Position numbers and translations under genes: made by a program
Part shown: positions 1-25,347 of the stretch, in pieces
Numbering within the stretch: the stretch's first letter is position 1
Layout: each line of letters begins with the position of its first letter
Origin: the human T2T-CHM13v2.0 reference genome, Homo sapiens
Length of the DNA: 64,000 nt
NCBI RefSeq assembly: GCF_009914755.1
Contig: NC_060929.1
Direction: 5' to 3' (one strand)
The notes under the pieces: model-generated
Seen by the model: the letters and a program-made list of their open reading frames with translations, nothing else
Databases searched by the model: none
What the model was told of the DNA's origin: nothing

Positions 1-125
1 GCTAATTTTTAAAAACTTTTTGCAGAGACAAGGTCGTGCTATGTTGCCCAGGCTCCAGGTCAAAAAATACTTCCACCTTGGCTTCCCAAAGTGCTGGGAT
101 TATAGGTGTGAGCCACTCATCTGGC
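1..125 (-). mobile_element. Old Alu (AluJ/FLAM-like) left arm, cut by window edge
   Basis: ccttggcttcccaaagtgctgggattataggtgtgagccac. Confidence 0.85.
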
Positions 126-275
126 TTAAAAGTTTTTTTTTTTTTTGAGGAGATCAATGCGATGGATAATTTTCTAGACAGATTCATTGGGAAAAGAAAT
201 AGAAGAAATAAATTACTAATATCAAAGAGAAGTTATATGAATACAGATTCTGCAGATGTTCAAAAGGCTAATAGG

Positions 276-404
276 TGTATTATTTTCCTATTGCCATCGT
301 AACAGATTACTACATTATCACTCACTTGGTGGTCGAACACAACACAAATTTATTATCTTATAGTTCTGGGGGCCAGAGGTCAGGAATAGGTTTCCCTTGG
401 CTAA
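276..404. mobile_element. MLT1 (ERVL-MaLR) LTR, left part
   Basis: tgtattattttcctattgc...acaacacaaatttattatcttatagttctgggggccagaggtc; continues at ~9955. Confidence 0.65.
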
Positions 405-651
405 ATTTTTTTAAATACTTTAAGTTCTAGGGTACATGTGCACAATGCTATAGAAAATTTGTTGGACACTATCAACGTGCAGGTTTGCACTAACAACAAG
501 CAGTTTTGTTATATAGGTGTACATGTGCCATGTTGGTTTGCTGCACCCATTAATTCATCATTTACATTAGGTATTTCTCCTAATGCTATCCACCCCAAGA
601 CAGGATCTCGTGTGTGATGTTCCCCACCCTATGTCCAAGTGTTCTCATTGT

Positions 652-4514
<3,863 letters not shown>

Positions 4515-4562
4515 TTATTTTGCTCGTTAGTTGATGCAGTTTCTTCCTAGCCTTGATGGTCT

Positions 4563-5580
4563 TTACAACTTGGCATGTTTTTGCAGTGGCTGGTACCGGT
4601 TGCTCCTTTCCATGTTTAGTGCTTCCTTCAGGAGCTCTTTTAGGGCCGGCCTGGTGATGACAAAATTTCTCAGCATTTGCTTGTCTGTAAAGGATTTTAT
4701 TTGTCCTTCACTTATGAAGCTTAGTTTGGCTGGATGTGAAATTCTGGGTTGAAAATTCTTTTCTTTAAGAATGTTGAATATTGTCCCCCACTCTCTTCTG
4801 GCTTGTAGAGTTTCTGCGGAGAGATCAGCTGTTAGTCTGATGGGCTTCCCTTTGTGGGTAACCTGACCTTTCTCTCTGGCTGCCCTTAACATTTTTTCCT
4901 TCATTTCAACTTTGGTGAATCTGACAATTATGTGTCTTGGAGTTGCTCTTCTCCAGGAGTATCTTTGTGGCATTCTCTGTATTCCCTGAATTTGAATGTT
5001 GACCTGCCTTGCTAGATTGGGGAAGTTCTCCTGGATAATATCCTGAAGAGTGTTTTCCAACTTGGTTCCATTCTCCCCATCACTTTCAGGTACACCAATC
5101 AGACGTAGATTTGGTCTTTTCACATAGTCCCATATTTCTTGGAGGCTTTGTTCATTTCTTTTCATTCTTTTTTCTCTAAACTTCTCTTCTCACTTCATTT
5201 CATTCATTTCATCTTCCATCGCTGATACCCTTTCTTCCAGTTGATCGCATCGGCTACTGAGGCTTGTGCATTTGTCACGTATTTGTCATGCCATGGTTTT
5301 CAGCTCCATCAGGTCCTCTAAGGACTTCTCTGCATTGGTCATTCTAGTTATCCATTCGTCTAATTTTTTTTCAAGGTTTTTATCTTGTTTGCCATTTGTT
5401 CGAACTTCCTCCTTTAGTTCGGAGTAGTTTGATCTTCTGAAGCCTTCTTCTCTCAACTCGTCACGGTCATTCTCCGTCCAGCTTTGTTCCATTGCTGGTG
5501 AGGAGCTGTGTTCCTTTGGAGGAGGAGAGGCACTCTGATTTTTAGAGTTTCTGGTTTTTCTGCTCTGCTTTTCCCCCCAT
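4563..5580 (-). pseudogene. Disrupted L1 ORF1
   Basis: ORF pieces 5286-5492 and 4563-5165 ending ...YQPLQKHAKL. Confidence 0.9.
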
Positions 5581-6158
5581 CTTTGTGGTTTTATCTACCT
5601 TTGGTCTTTGATGATGATGGTGACGTAAAGATGGGTTATTGATGTGGATGTCCTTTCTGTTTGTTAGTTTTCCTTCTAACAGTCAGGACCCTCAGCTGCA
5701 GATCTGTTGGAGTTTGCTGGAGGTTCACTCCAGACCCTGTTTGCCTGGCTATCAGCAGCAGTGGCTGCAGAACAGCAGATATTGGTGAACTGCAAATGCT
5801 GCTGCCTGATGGTTCCTCTGGAAGTTTTGTCTCAGGGGAGTACCCGGTCGTGTGAGGTGTCAGTCTGCCCCTATTGTGGGATGCCTCCCAGTTAGGCTAC
5901 TTGGGGGTCAGGGACCCACTTGAGGAGGCAGTCTGCCCATTCTCAGATCTCAAGCTGTGTGCTGGGAGAACCACTACTTTCTTCAAAGCTGTCAGACAGG
6001 GACATTTAATTCTGCAGAGGTTATTGCTGTCTTTTGTTTGTCTGGGCCCTGCACCCAGAGGTGGAGCCTACAGAGGCAGGCAGGCTGTCTTCAGCTGTGG
6101 TGGGCTCCACCCAGTTCGAACTTCCCGGATGCTTTGTTTACCTACTCAAGCCTCCGCA

Positions 6159-6422
6159 ATGGCGGGCGCCCCTCCCCCAGCCTTGCTGCTGCCTTGCAGT
6201 TTGATCTCAGACTGCTGTGCTAGCAATGAGCCAGGCTCTGTGGGCGTAGGACCCTCTGAGCCATGTGCGGGATATAATCTCCTGGTGTGCCATTTGTTAA
6301 GCCCGTTGGAAAAGCGCAGTATTAGGGTGGGAGTGACCCGATTTTCCAGGTGCCGTCTGTCACCCCTTTCTTTGACTAGGAAAGGGAATTCCCTGACCCC
6401 TTGCACTTTCCAGGTGAGATGA
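6159..6422 (+). CDS. L1 antisense ORF0-like ORF (87 aa); translation unproven
   Basis: gcaATGG start; MAGAPPPALLLPCSLISDCCASNEPGSVGVGPSEP...RVGVTRFSRC is homologous to primate L1 ORF0. Confidence 0.5.
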   Translation: MAGAPPPALLLPCSLISDCCASNEPGSVGVGPSEPCAGYNLLVCHLLSPLEKRSIRVGVTRFSRCRLSPLSLTRKGNSLTPCTFQVR

Positions 6423-6611
6423 TGCCTCACCCTGCTTCGGCTCATGCATGGTGGGCTGCACCCACTGTCCTGCACCCACTGTCCGGCACTCCCCAGTGAG
6501 ATGAACCCGGTACCTAAGTTGGAAAGCAGAAATCACTCATCTTCTGCATCGCTCACACTGGGAACTGTAGATGGGAGCTGTTCCTATTCGGCCATCTTGG
6601 CTCCACCCCCA

Positions 6612-9087
<2,476 letters not shown>

Positions 9088-9866
9088 ATGGCATGAGTAC
9101 TACGTGACGCATGCACAAGCTTCAGTAGCTGATTCGATCAAGTGGAAGAAAGGGTATCAGTGATTGAAGGTCAAATGAATGAAATAAAGTGAGAGGAGAA
9201 GTTTAGAGAAAAAAGAGTAAAAAGAAACCAACAAAGCCTCCAAGAAATATGGGACTATGTAAAAAGACCAAATCTACGTTTGATTGGTGTACATGAAAGT
9301 GACAGGGAGAATGGAACCAAGTTGGAAAACACTCTTCAGGATATTATCCAGGAGGACTTCTCCTACCTAGCCAGGCAGGCCAACATTCAAATTCAGGAAA
9401 TACATAGAACACCACAAAGATACTCCTTGAGAAGAGCAACTCCAAGACACGTAATGGTCAGATTCACCAAGGTTGAAATGAAGGAAAAAATGTTTCGGGC
9501 AGCCAGAGAGAAAGGTCGGGTTACCCACAAAGGGAAGCCCATCAGACTAACAGTGGATCTCTCGCCAGAAACTCTACAAGCCAGAAGAGAGTGAGGGCCA
9601 ATATTCAACATTCTTAAAGAAAAGAATTTTCAACCCAGAATTTCATATCCAGCCAAACTAAGCTTCATTACTGAAGGGAAATTAAATTCTTTACAGACAA
9701 GGAAATGCGGAGAGATTTTGTCACCACCAGGCCTGCCTTACAAGAGCTCCTGAAGGAAGCACTAAACACGGAAAGGAACAACCAGTATCAGCCACTGCAG
9801 AAACATGCCAAATTGTAAAGATCATCGATGCTGGGAAGAAACTGCATCAACTAACTGCCAAAATAA
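9088..9866 (+). mobile_element. Inverted ORF1 segment of L1-B (twin-priming-type inversion)
   Basis: Sense ORF1 (IGVHESDRENGTKLENTLQD...) equivalent to L1-A 5294-4515, joined head-to-head to the antisense piece. Confidence 0.9.
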
Positions 9867-9954
9867 ATTACAGGCATGTGCCACCAAATCTGGCTAATTT
9901 TTTGTATTTTTAGTAGAGATGGGTTTCTCCATGTTGGTCAGGCTGGTCACGAAC
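9867..9954 (-). mobile_element. Alu central fragment truncated at both ends
   Basis: attacaggcatgtgccacc...tttttagtagagatgggtttctccatgttggtcaggctggtcacgaac. Confidence 0.85.
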
Positions 9955-10198
9955 AGTGTAGCATCTTTAAATCTCTCGCTGACTATGGCTTTCTTGTATC
10001 CCTCTTTCATGTAAAAGAAACAGTGAGATTGATTACATTGGGTCCACCTGGATAATCCAGAATAATCTCCCTATCCCCAGATCCTTAAAACATATCCGCA
10101 AGTGCTTTTTTTCCATTTAAATAACATATTCATAGGCTCTGAGTTTCTGAATGCCCCAAAAGTGGGCGAATTGTTGGGCAGTTATTCTGCCTGTCACA
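9955..10198. mobile_element. MLT1 LTR, right part
   Basis: gattacattgggtccacctggataatccagaataatctccc...ttattctgcctgtcaca. Confidence 0.7.
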
Positions 10199-10723
10199 GT
10201 AGATAATACTATCAACAAATTTATGCCAAAAACTCAGACAATTTAAATAAAATGGATAAATTCATTCAAAAAACAGCTAAAGCACACTGAAGAAGAAATA
10301 GATCATCTAAATAACCTTATATATATTAAAGACATTGGACATGTAGTTATAAAACTTCTGACAAATAAAACTCCAGGCCAAGATCATTTCCCTGATTAAT
10401 TTTACTATTTAAGGAAGAAAATAATACCTAGTCTACAAAAACTCTTCCAGAAAATTGTAGAGTAAATCATGCTTTCTACCTCTTTCTATGAGGGAAGTAT
10501 TACCCTAATACCAAAACCAGATGAAAACACTTCAAGGAAAGAAAGAAGTGACCAGTATTGCTCATGGACAAAGGTTAAAAAAGAAAAAAAAAAAGGCCTA
10601 ACAGAACGTTACCAAATAAAATCAAACAATATATAAAAAGGGTAATATATCCTGACAAAGTGATATTTATCCTATGAGTGCAAGGTTTGTTTTTACCCTT
10701 AAAAATTAATGAATATAATTCAC

Positions 10724-11028
10724 TTTTTTTTGTTTGTTGTTGAGACAGGATCTCACTCTGTCACCCAGGCTGGAGTGCAGTGGTACAATCTTGGCTCACT
10801 GCAACCTCTGCCTCTCTAGCCCAAGTGATCTTCCCACCTCAGCCTCTATTGCAACTACAGATGTGCGCCATTACCCAACATTTTTTTTTTTTTTTTGTTA
10901 TTTTTTGTAGAGATGAAGTTCTCACTATGTTGCGAGGGCTGGTCTTGAACTTCTGGGCTCAAGCAATCTGCCTGCCTCAGCCTCGCAAAGTGTTGGCATT
11001 AACAGGCATGATCCACCACAGCCGATCC
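10724..11028 (-). mobile_element. AluJ
   Basis: Diverged dimeric Alu with gggctcaagcaatctgcc. Confidence 0.85.
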
Positions 11029-11315
11029 ACAGTATTTTTAGATTGAAAAAGAAATGTCATGTGATCATCTTACCAGATGCAGAAAAAAAAATCTCTTGGT
11101 AAAACCGAACATCCGTTCCAAATAAAAACTCTCATCAAACTAGATGAGAACTTCCATTCCAAATAAAAACTCTCATCAAACACTGATGAGAACTTCCTCA
11201 ACGTGATTCAAAGTACCTATTAAAATATCTACATTTAACATTACACTTAATGGTGAAAGAATGAATGCTATCTCCCTAATATCAGGAATAAGGGAAGGGT
11301 GTCCACTCTCACCAG

Positions 11316-11631
<316 letters not shown>

Positions 11632-12753
11632 CACTCTCACCAGTTTTATTCAACATTGTACTGTAAGTTTTTGCTAACACATTAAGAAAAAAACCAGAAA
11701 TAATAAAGGCATTCAAATTTGAAATGAAGAAGTAAATCTTATTCATTAGTGGCATGATCATATACATAAAAAGTCCTGTGGAGTGTGCAAAAAGTTAATA
11801 TAGTTAATAAGTGAGGTTAGCAACTGTTCTAGGATACAAGAACAACTTAGAGAAATCAATTATTTTTTATACTAGCAAAGAAAAATCAGATATTGAATTT
11901 TTTAAAACATTACTTATATTAGTATCAGGAATATGAAATGCTTATATATCACCTTGACAAAACCTGGACAAAACAGAGGTACACTAAAAACTAGAAAAAT
12001 TATTGATAGAAATTAAAGAGAACTGAATAAAGGAGAGATATATTGTGTTCCTGGATTGAAAGATTAACATTGGTAAGATGTAAATTATTCCTTAACTGAT
12101 TTATAGATCAAATGAGTTCTGAATAAAAATTTTCCTAGGTTCTTTTTCTTTTGGTAGAAATTGACGAAATGATTCTAAAAAGAAAATGCAAATGCAAAGG
12201 ACACACACACACAAAAACAACTTTAAAAAATAAATTTAACATTGGAGGACTAATGATACCTAACTTCAAAACTTATTAGAAAGCTTGAGAAATGAGGACA
12301 CTGAAAAAATGATGTACAGGCAGACAGATCAATGGAACAAAATAGCACAAAGATAGAGCCAAAAATGTAGAACAACTGATTTTTTACAAAATTGCAAAAG
12401 AAATTCTTTGTAGAATGTAGAGCTTTGCAAAAAATGGTGCTGAAATAATTAGATATCCATATGTAAAAAAATTTACATCCATACCTTGTACCATATAAAA
12501 ATTAACTCAAAATGGAGCCTAGATAAAAATTTAAGACCTAAAACTATTAGTCGTCTAGAAAAAAGCATAAGAGAAAACCTGTGACTTTCAATTAGACAAA
12601 GTCATTTTAAATAGGATATAAAAAGCATGAGCCATAAAAGAAAAAATAATAAATAAAACAATTAAAATGAAGAACTTATGCCCTTTGAAAGACAATCGTA
12701 AGAGAATATTTTTTTAAAAGCCACAGACTTGGAGAAAATATTTGCAAATCACA

Positions 12754-13575
12754 TGTTGACTTTCTAGGGGCCAAGGAGGGCCCTCTGAAGATTCACTGAA
12801 AAATCTACTTGCAAAAGGCAGACTAACTGGAGAACAGGTGCATATGAGCCAGATATGGTCATTCACATCTGCAGTCTCAGCTACTGGGGAGGGTGAGGCG
12901 AGAGCATGGCTTGAGCCCAGGAAATTGAGGCTGCAGTGAGTTATAATAGTGCCACTGTACTTCAGCCTGGGCAAAAGAGCGAGGCTCCATCTCTTAAGGA
13001 AAAAAAAACAAAAGGCATACAAATTTATTTAATGTGTGTATACAGGAGCCTTCAGAATGCAGGCCCAAAGATACAGGAGAATCATTGATTTTTATTCTTA
13101 GATTGAACAAAGTATGAACAACCATGTAGAAATATGATTAGACAAAACAGGTATGATGTAATGCTAATGGACCGAGTGAGGAAACCCAGCCAATCCTGTC
13201 TGTCTAGATTTTTCTTGGCCTCTCTGTGCAGCATTCCTTCCTTCCAGGTATGGGGCAGGACCTTCTCTGGAATGGGGTCTTAGGCTCTACAGTCAAACAA
13301 GACAGGTCAGGTAATTTCTTTATGGCCAGATCTTACACAGAAACATAAAGGGAAAATTAGAGTAATAATTTTAGGTTTTATGGCTGGCTGTAAGGAAAAG
13401 GAGTCCTGGTTTCTATAAACTGCCTTCACGAAGAGGGATTCTAGTTTCGATGGCTAGCCTTAGGGGGAAATGGAGCTGAGAGACAGGAAGGAAGGGAAAG
13501 GTCAAAGAAAAATCTTTCCTTCTGAGGCTGCTTTTGAGGGCTTCATTTTGGGGTATTGTTTTCTGAGCCCCAACA
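12754..13575 (-). mobile_element. ERV1 solo LTR (MER39/LTR29/MER34-group-like) containing an Alu monomer at ~12849-13012
   Basis: Minus strand starts TGTTGGGGCTCAGAAAACAATACCCCAAAATGAAG; left boundary uncertain. Confidence 0.65.
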
Positions 13576-13925
13576 ACTATTATCCAATATATTTTCAAAA
13601 ACTCTCAAAACTCAATAAGAAAACAATAAAAACCCAATACAAAAATAGATCAATGATTTAAGCAGACATTCACCAAGGAAGATATATGATAGTAAATATG
13701 CACTTTAAAAGTAGCTCAAGATTATTACTTATTAGGAAAACAAAAATTGATAGCTCAATTAGATATTACAACCCACATATTAGAATGTCTCAAGTGAAAA
13801 AGAATTAACATTCCAAGTGTTGGTGAAGTAGAGCAACTAGAACTGCTGGTGGGACTGAAAAACTGAATACTTTGGAAAACATTTTGGAAGTTTCTTCAAA
13901 AGTTAAATATAACCTTACCCTATAA

Positions 13926-14329
<404 letters not shown>

Positions 14330-15119
14330 TAGCAACTTTATGCGTAATAGGCAAACTGGGAAATGACTCAAATGCCATTGAAACGTGAACCGATAGATAA
14401 ATTATGGTGTATCCATTCAATGGAATATGACTTATCAATGTAAAGAAATAAACTCATTCTACAGTTACAACATAGATGAATCTAAAAATAAATATGCTGA
14501 GCCAAAGAAGCCAGACCAAGTAAAAGGAGGAGTACATATTATATGATTCATTTATATGGAAATCTAGAACATGCAAACTAATCTATAGTGACAGAAAGCA
14601 CTGTCAGGATTTGCTTAGTAACAAGGTGGAACAGATGTGTCAGAGAGGGATTTTAAAGTGAGGAAACTTCAGGAGGTGATGGATACATCCATTATCTTGA
14701 TTGTGGTGATTGGTTCATATGCATGTACATATATCAAAACTAAACTATACACTTTCAATATGTGTAGTTTTTATATTATTATAATATATGTAAAACATCT
14801 CAATAAAGTTGTTAAAAAAACAGAACATTTATAAGAAATTTAGTAATATAAAGAACACATGTTATTAGTAATAATATTTCTTATTAGATATTAAATATTA
14901 AAATATAAATACATGCCTATATATGCTAATTCTGATTTATTTACCTTGTCATACATTTAAAACAAACAAATAAAAGTAATCTGTATACTACTGTGAATGC
15001 TTCTGTGGTAGATACTCCTGTATCTGTATGTTGATGAATCTCTATTTTCGATCTAGTAAAAAAGTGTAAATTTTTCTGCAAAATCTTCTGTAATCCAGGT
15101 CTGCAAAGAAGCCACACAG

Positions 15120-15395
15120 GGCTGGGTGCAGTGGCTCATGCTTGTAATCCTAGCACTTTGTGAGGCCGAGGTGGGTGGATCTCTTAAGTCCAGGAGTTTA
15201 AGACCAGCCTGGGCAGCATGGTAAAACCCTGTCTCTACAAAAATACAAAAAATACAAAAACTAGCCAGGTGTGGTGGCCCACGCCTGTAGTCCCAGCTAT
15301 TCAGGAGGCTGAGGTAGGAGGATCACCTGAGCCCAGGGAAGCAGAGGTACTAGTGAGCTGAGATCTTGGCACTGCACTCCAGCCTGGGTGACTGA
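15120..15395 (+). mobile_element. AluJ lacking A tail
   Basis: ggctgggtgcagtggctcatgc...cagcctgggtgac, followed by non-A sequence. Confidence 0.85.
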
Positions 15396-15874
15396 ATGAT
15401 GAGGGCACATCAGAAAACAATCTTCCAGCTTTGCTAAAAGCAGAAAATAAACTACTGAAGCAGGTGAGACAGTAAGTGGGTGGATTACCTTCAAGCCTGT
15501 TGCTTTAAATAAATCAGAAATCATAGTAAAGAAGTAATTTGTCCATTTCAACCCCTTTGTTCTATCTTCTAAAACCTATTGAGCTCATCTAATAATCCTC
15601 AAATGCATTATTAAATAATTAAGAAGTTTTGAGGAAAAAAAATCCTTGTGAAGACTTGTCAATCCCTTTCTTATCCTACCTCCACAATGAGTCTACATAA
15701 TCTGTAAGCTTATCCCACCCTTCTCCTAATTCAACATGAGAAAATATGCGAAGCATCATGCCTCTGATGAAAAATGGGATATTTGGAAAGTTTCTATTTT
15801 GCTAAATGAGTTCCCTACCTTCTACATCTTCTGCTCCACCATCTACCCTTGTCTCTGCGCTGTCCCTCCTGCTC

Positions 15875-16364
15875 TATATAGACACATGCACACGTATGTT
15901 TATTGCGGCACTATTCACAATAGCAAAGACTTGGAACCAACCCAAATGTCAAACAATGATAGACTGGGTTAAGAAAATGGCACATACACACCATGGAATA
16001 CTATGCAGCCATAAAAAATGATGAGTTCATGTCCTTTGTAGGGACATGGATGAAGCTGGAAACCATCATTCTCAGCAAAATATCGCAAGGACAAAAAACC
16101 AAACACCACATATTCTCACTCATAGGTGGGAATTGAACAATGAGAACACATGGACACAGGAAGGGGAACATCACCCACCGGGACTGTTGTGGGGTGGGGG
16201 AGGGGGGAGGGGGGAGGGATAGCATTAGGAGATAAACCTAATGCTAAATGACGAGTTAATGGGTGCAGCACACCAACATGGCACATGTATACATATGTAA
16301 CAAACCTGCACATTGTGCACATGTACCCTAAAACTTAAAGTATCATCATAATAAAATTAAAAAA
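15875..16364 (+). mobile_element. 5'-truncated L1PA3/4-like 3' end
   Basis: gacacatgcacacgtatg...taatgctaaatgacgagttaatggg...aaacttaaagtat plus A-rich tail. Confidence 0.92.
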
Positions 16365-17029
16365 GAGACAATAATCCAGATTAGGCCTTTTGTAATCTTT
16401 CTGTGAGTTCAGAAGTTAATTGTAAAGAGTTGACAGGTTTTTCTTGTTGAAAAACATCAGACATTCCTTGTGTGTAACCATTAGGTTTTCATTTGATATT
16501 ACATAAGGCAGCTTATGGACCTTATTGATTTAATGAGCCAAAATGTATGTGCCTCGTAAAGCAAGTCAGGACATACATTTTTATAACAGTTTGGAGAACA
16601 ACATATCTTTGAAGCATGTGGCCTGGATTTTGAGGCCACATTGCTACCGTATCTCTCATCTCTGAGAAACTCTATTTGTTTAGTTTAGCTTTTGTTTTAA
16701 ATGTGTTTTCCTAATTTGCTATTTAATATAAACAGGAAATTTAGTACTGCAAGGAGCATAAAACTGATATGGATTTTGAATTACATAATTTCATGTCAAA
16801 TAAAACAAAATTTACATTCTATAGGCATGAAACACTTAATGGCATTAGGATATAGAACAAAAACCTTTACAATAGGTAACTTTAGTTAACTTGTACATAT
16901 TTGTGAGAACATCTTATATATTTCCTAGTATTTCCTACTTTCCCTTATTGAAAAGTAATCTTATTAGAGACTTCTTTTTCAGTTGCCCAATATCCTCATA
17001 CACTGATGCAGTACATGCCAATAGTACAA

Positions 17030-18690
17030 CCAATACAAAGGGGAAATTGTCAAATCCAGAAAATTCACAGATACGTTTACCGTTTGAAACAGCAATCCCA
17101 TTTCTAAGAAGCTATCTTAAAGTTACAGCTAGAAAAGTATGTAACATGTCCCAACTCATTAATTGTAACACTATTTGTAATGGCAAAAAAATGGAAGCAA
17201 GTCTAAATGTCTATCAGTAGGGAGGGAGTTGAATAAGTTATTATATTATCCCACAGTGAAGTATATGCAACCATATGTAAAATGAAGAGGATGTCTGCAT
17301 AATGATAGGTTGTGATCATCAGGATCCATTAAGTGAAAAAGGCAAGGTGCAGATCACTGTATACAGCAAGCTATGTTTTGTAAAATAAAAAAGAGAAAAA
17401 TGTAAATATGTATGTATTTCTTGTATTTGCAGAAAGAAATATTGGAAGAGTGAACTGAAAGCAAAAATTACTACTATAAATGCACTGGCAATAAGGGTGA
17501 AAGGGTTAAGATGAAAGCCAAATTTTTTGAGTATATATATATATATAACTTAATGTTTTACATATTTAGAATATAATACATAGTTTAAAACAACATTAAA
17601 AAGCACTTGTCAATTACAGAAACAAATGTTGCAGGAAGTCTTCACTTTGCAAGTTGATTGTTGAGGAAAGAATTGACTCTTCAACTCAGTTTATTGTATA
17701 AACTGTATATAAGAATAATCATATGGTTCTTGTTAATAAAATAAAGCTCTTTTTGGAGAAAAATGTCAGCTAGTAGGATCATTTTTCAACTCTATGAAAT
17801 AATTGACAGGCAATCAATGGGCAATCACTAATGGATACTAAAATAATTGAGTGAAAGATTGATAGAAAACTGAACATTCACACAGGGTCCAAGTACCCCT
17901 TCCTGGTACTTGTGCAGTAGCACACCAAAAGAGGAAAAACAACCAAACATGATCACTTGAAACCTGTAGTCAGGTTTCATCATCAATAGCAATGTGTTGT
18001 CCAATTCACAACAAGCAGGTATTAGGTTTATCCTGATGTAATATGACATAAAGTACACAGCATGACATAAAGTACACAGCATCACCTATGAAGTATTCTT
18101 GCCAAAATGTTTAACCTGAGTTTCATGAAGATTTTAAGTCTAATTATCAGTTTACATGAAATTAAACATGGTAATTAGACAGCATATTTTAGGGGCAATT
18201 AGGGGACATAAGAACACATTAAACGAGAGCAGGGAGAAGCAGTCAGACCAATGCAGAAGGTGGGACACTCTACAAGATCTGTGGCCTGTTCTAACAAGTA
18301 AATTTCTGACAAAGATAAAGAGGTTGTGATAGGAAATCAATTCTAGTTTAGACAAACAAACTCTATAATACATTATGAAAAAATTAAATGTGGACTAAAT
18401 ATTAGATGGTATTAAAGAATTATTAATTTTATCAGGATTGATCATGGTATTGTGATTAGGTAGGAAAATGTCTTTTTGTCAGAGATGCACCCTGAGATAT
18501 TCAGGGGAGAAATGCCATGTCGTCTACAATTTATTTAAAATATCTAAAAATAAACGGATAAGAATTTGAATATGATACTAACAATCATTAAACCTGTGTG
18601 ATGAGCATATTGAGGGGGTGGGTCAAAATTTTATTCTTTCTACCATTATGTATGTTTCTAATTTTTTATTTAACGAAAAACTAAAAATTA
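17030..18690 (+). mobile_element. Ancient L1M 3'-region fragments (L1ME/L1MC-like)
   Basis: cagcaatcccatttcta...aaatgtctatcagtaggg; cacagcatcacctatgaagtattcttgccaaaa. Confidence 0.55.
18043..18080. repeat. 19-bp tandem duplication
   Basis: atgacataaagtacacagc x2. Confidence 0.9.
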
Positions 18691-19573
18691 AAATTGAAAC
18701 AAAGAAACAGCAATTGGCTATGACTTTCCTGGGCCCATTTTCCCTTCCTGATGGCCAGGAGAGAGCGAGAGCTGAAGCAGCTGCCTTGAATTTATAAGCA
18801 GAAACCTCCAGTTGGCAGAGCGGTGCCAGCCCTGGGCCACCAGCGCTAAATCACCAAATCACCTGCCTACCCAGGGAAAGATAATTATTATAATCAAGTC
18901 ATTGAAAAAACATTTTTAAAAAATTGTGTTGTAACATTTCAGAATATATTGAGATGGGATTTCCACTGTACATCTCAGAAGTCCCACTCTCCCCTCATAC
19001 ACCTTCGAGACTAAATCTTAGGCCTTCTGAGACATGCAAGAGTGGGAGCACATGGAAAGACTCACTGCAACACTGGAGCATTGTTAATTCCTAACAACAG
19101 TTGCCAGAGAGTTTCTTTGATTTACCTCACTAATGATGAAATGAAGTTCCTCCATGTAGGTGGCTTATAAAATAGAAAGGAAGCTGGCTTGAGGACTCAG
19201 TGTCCTCAATTATTTATTTACATAAATATCTTTTCCAAACAGTAAATTTTGTCAACACTGAGAAAGGAGAATTGTAATAACCAGAAGTATGTGGATATAA
19301 GACAGCTGTTTTTTTTAAAAAAACAACACGAATAAAAAACGTGTGAAATACCTTCTTGGCAGGGTCCTGAGTGCCATAAATTTCTAGGCATAGTTTGTAA
19401 TAAGTGGTAGAAATGATAGTTAAATATTTCATTTGTTTGGAAACTGTTCTTAATTCTATCATTATAGGACCATTTATTTGGTGCTATAAAATTTTTATAT
19501 TTTAAGAAGCGTTTGATGTGTCTGACATGTAGTAAACAGCACCCAATTCTCAAACAGCACACCTCTTATTTTT

Positions 19574-25347
<5,774 letters not shown>

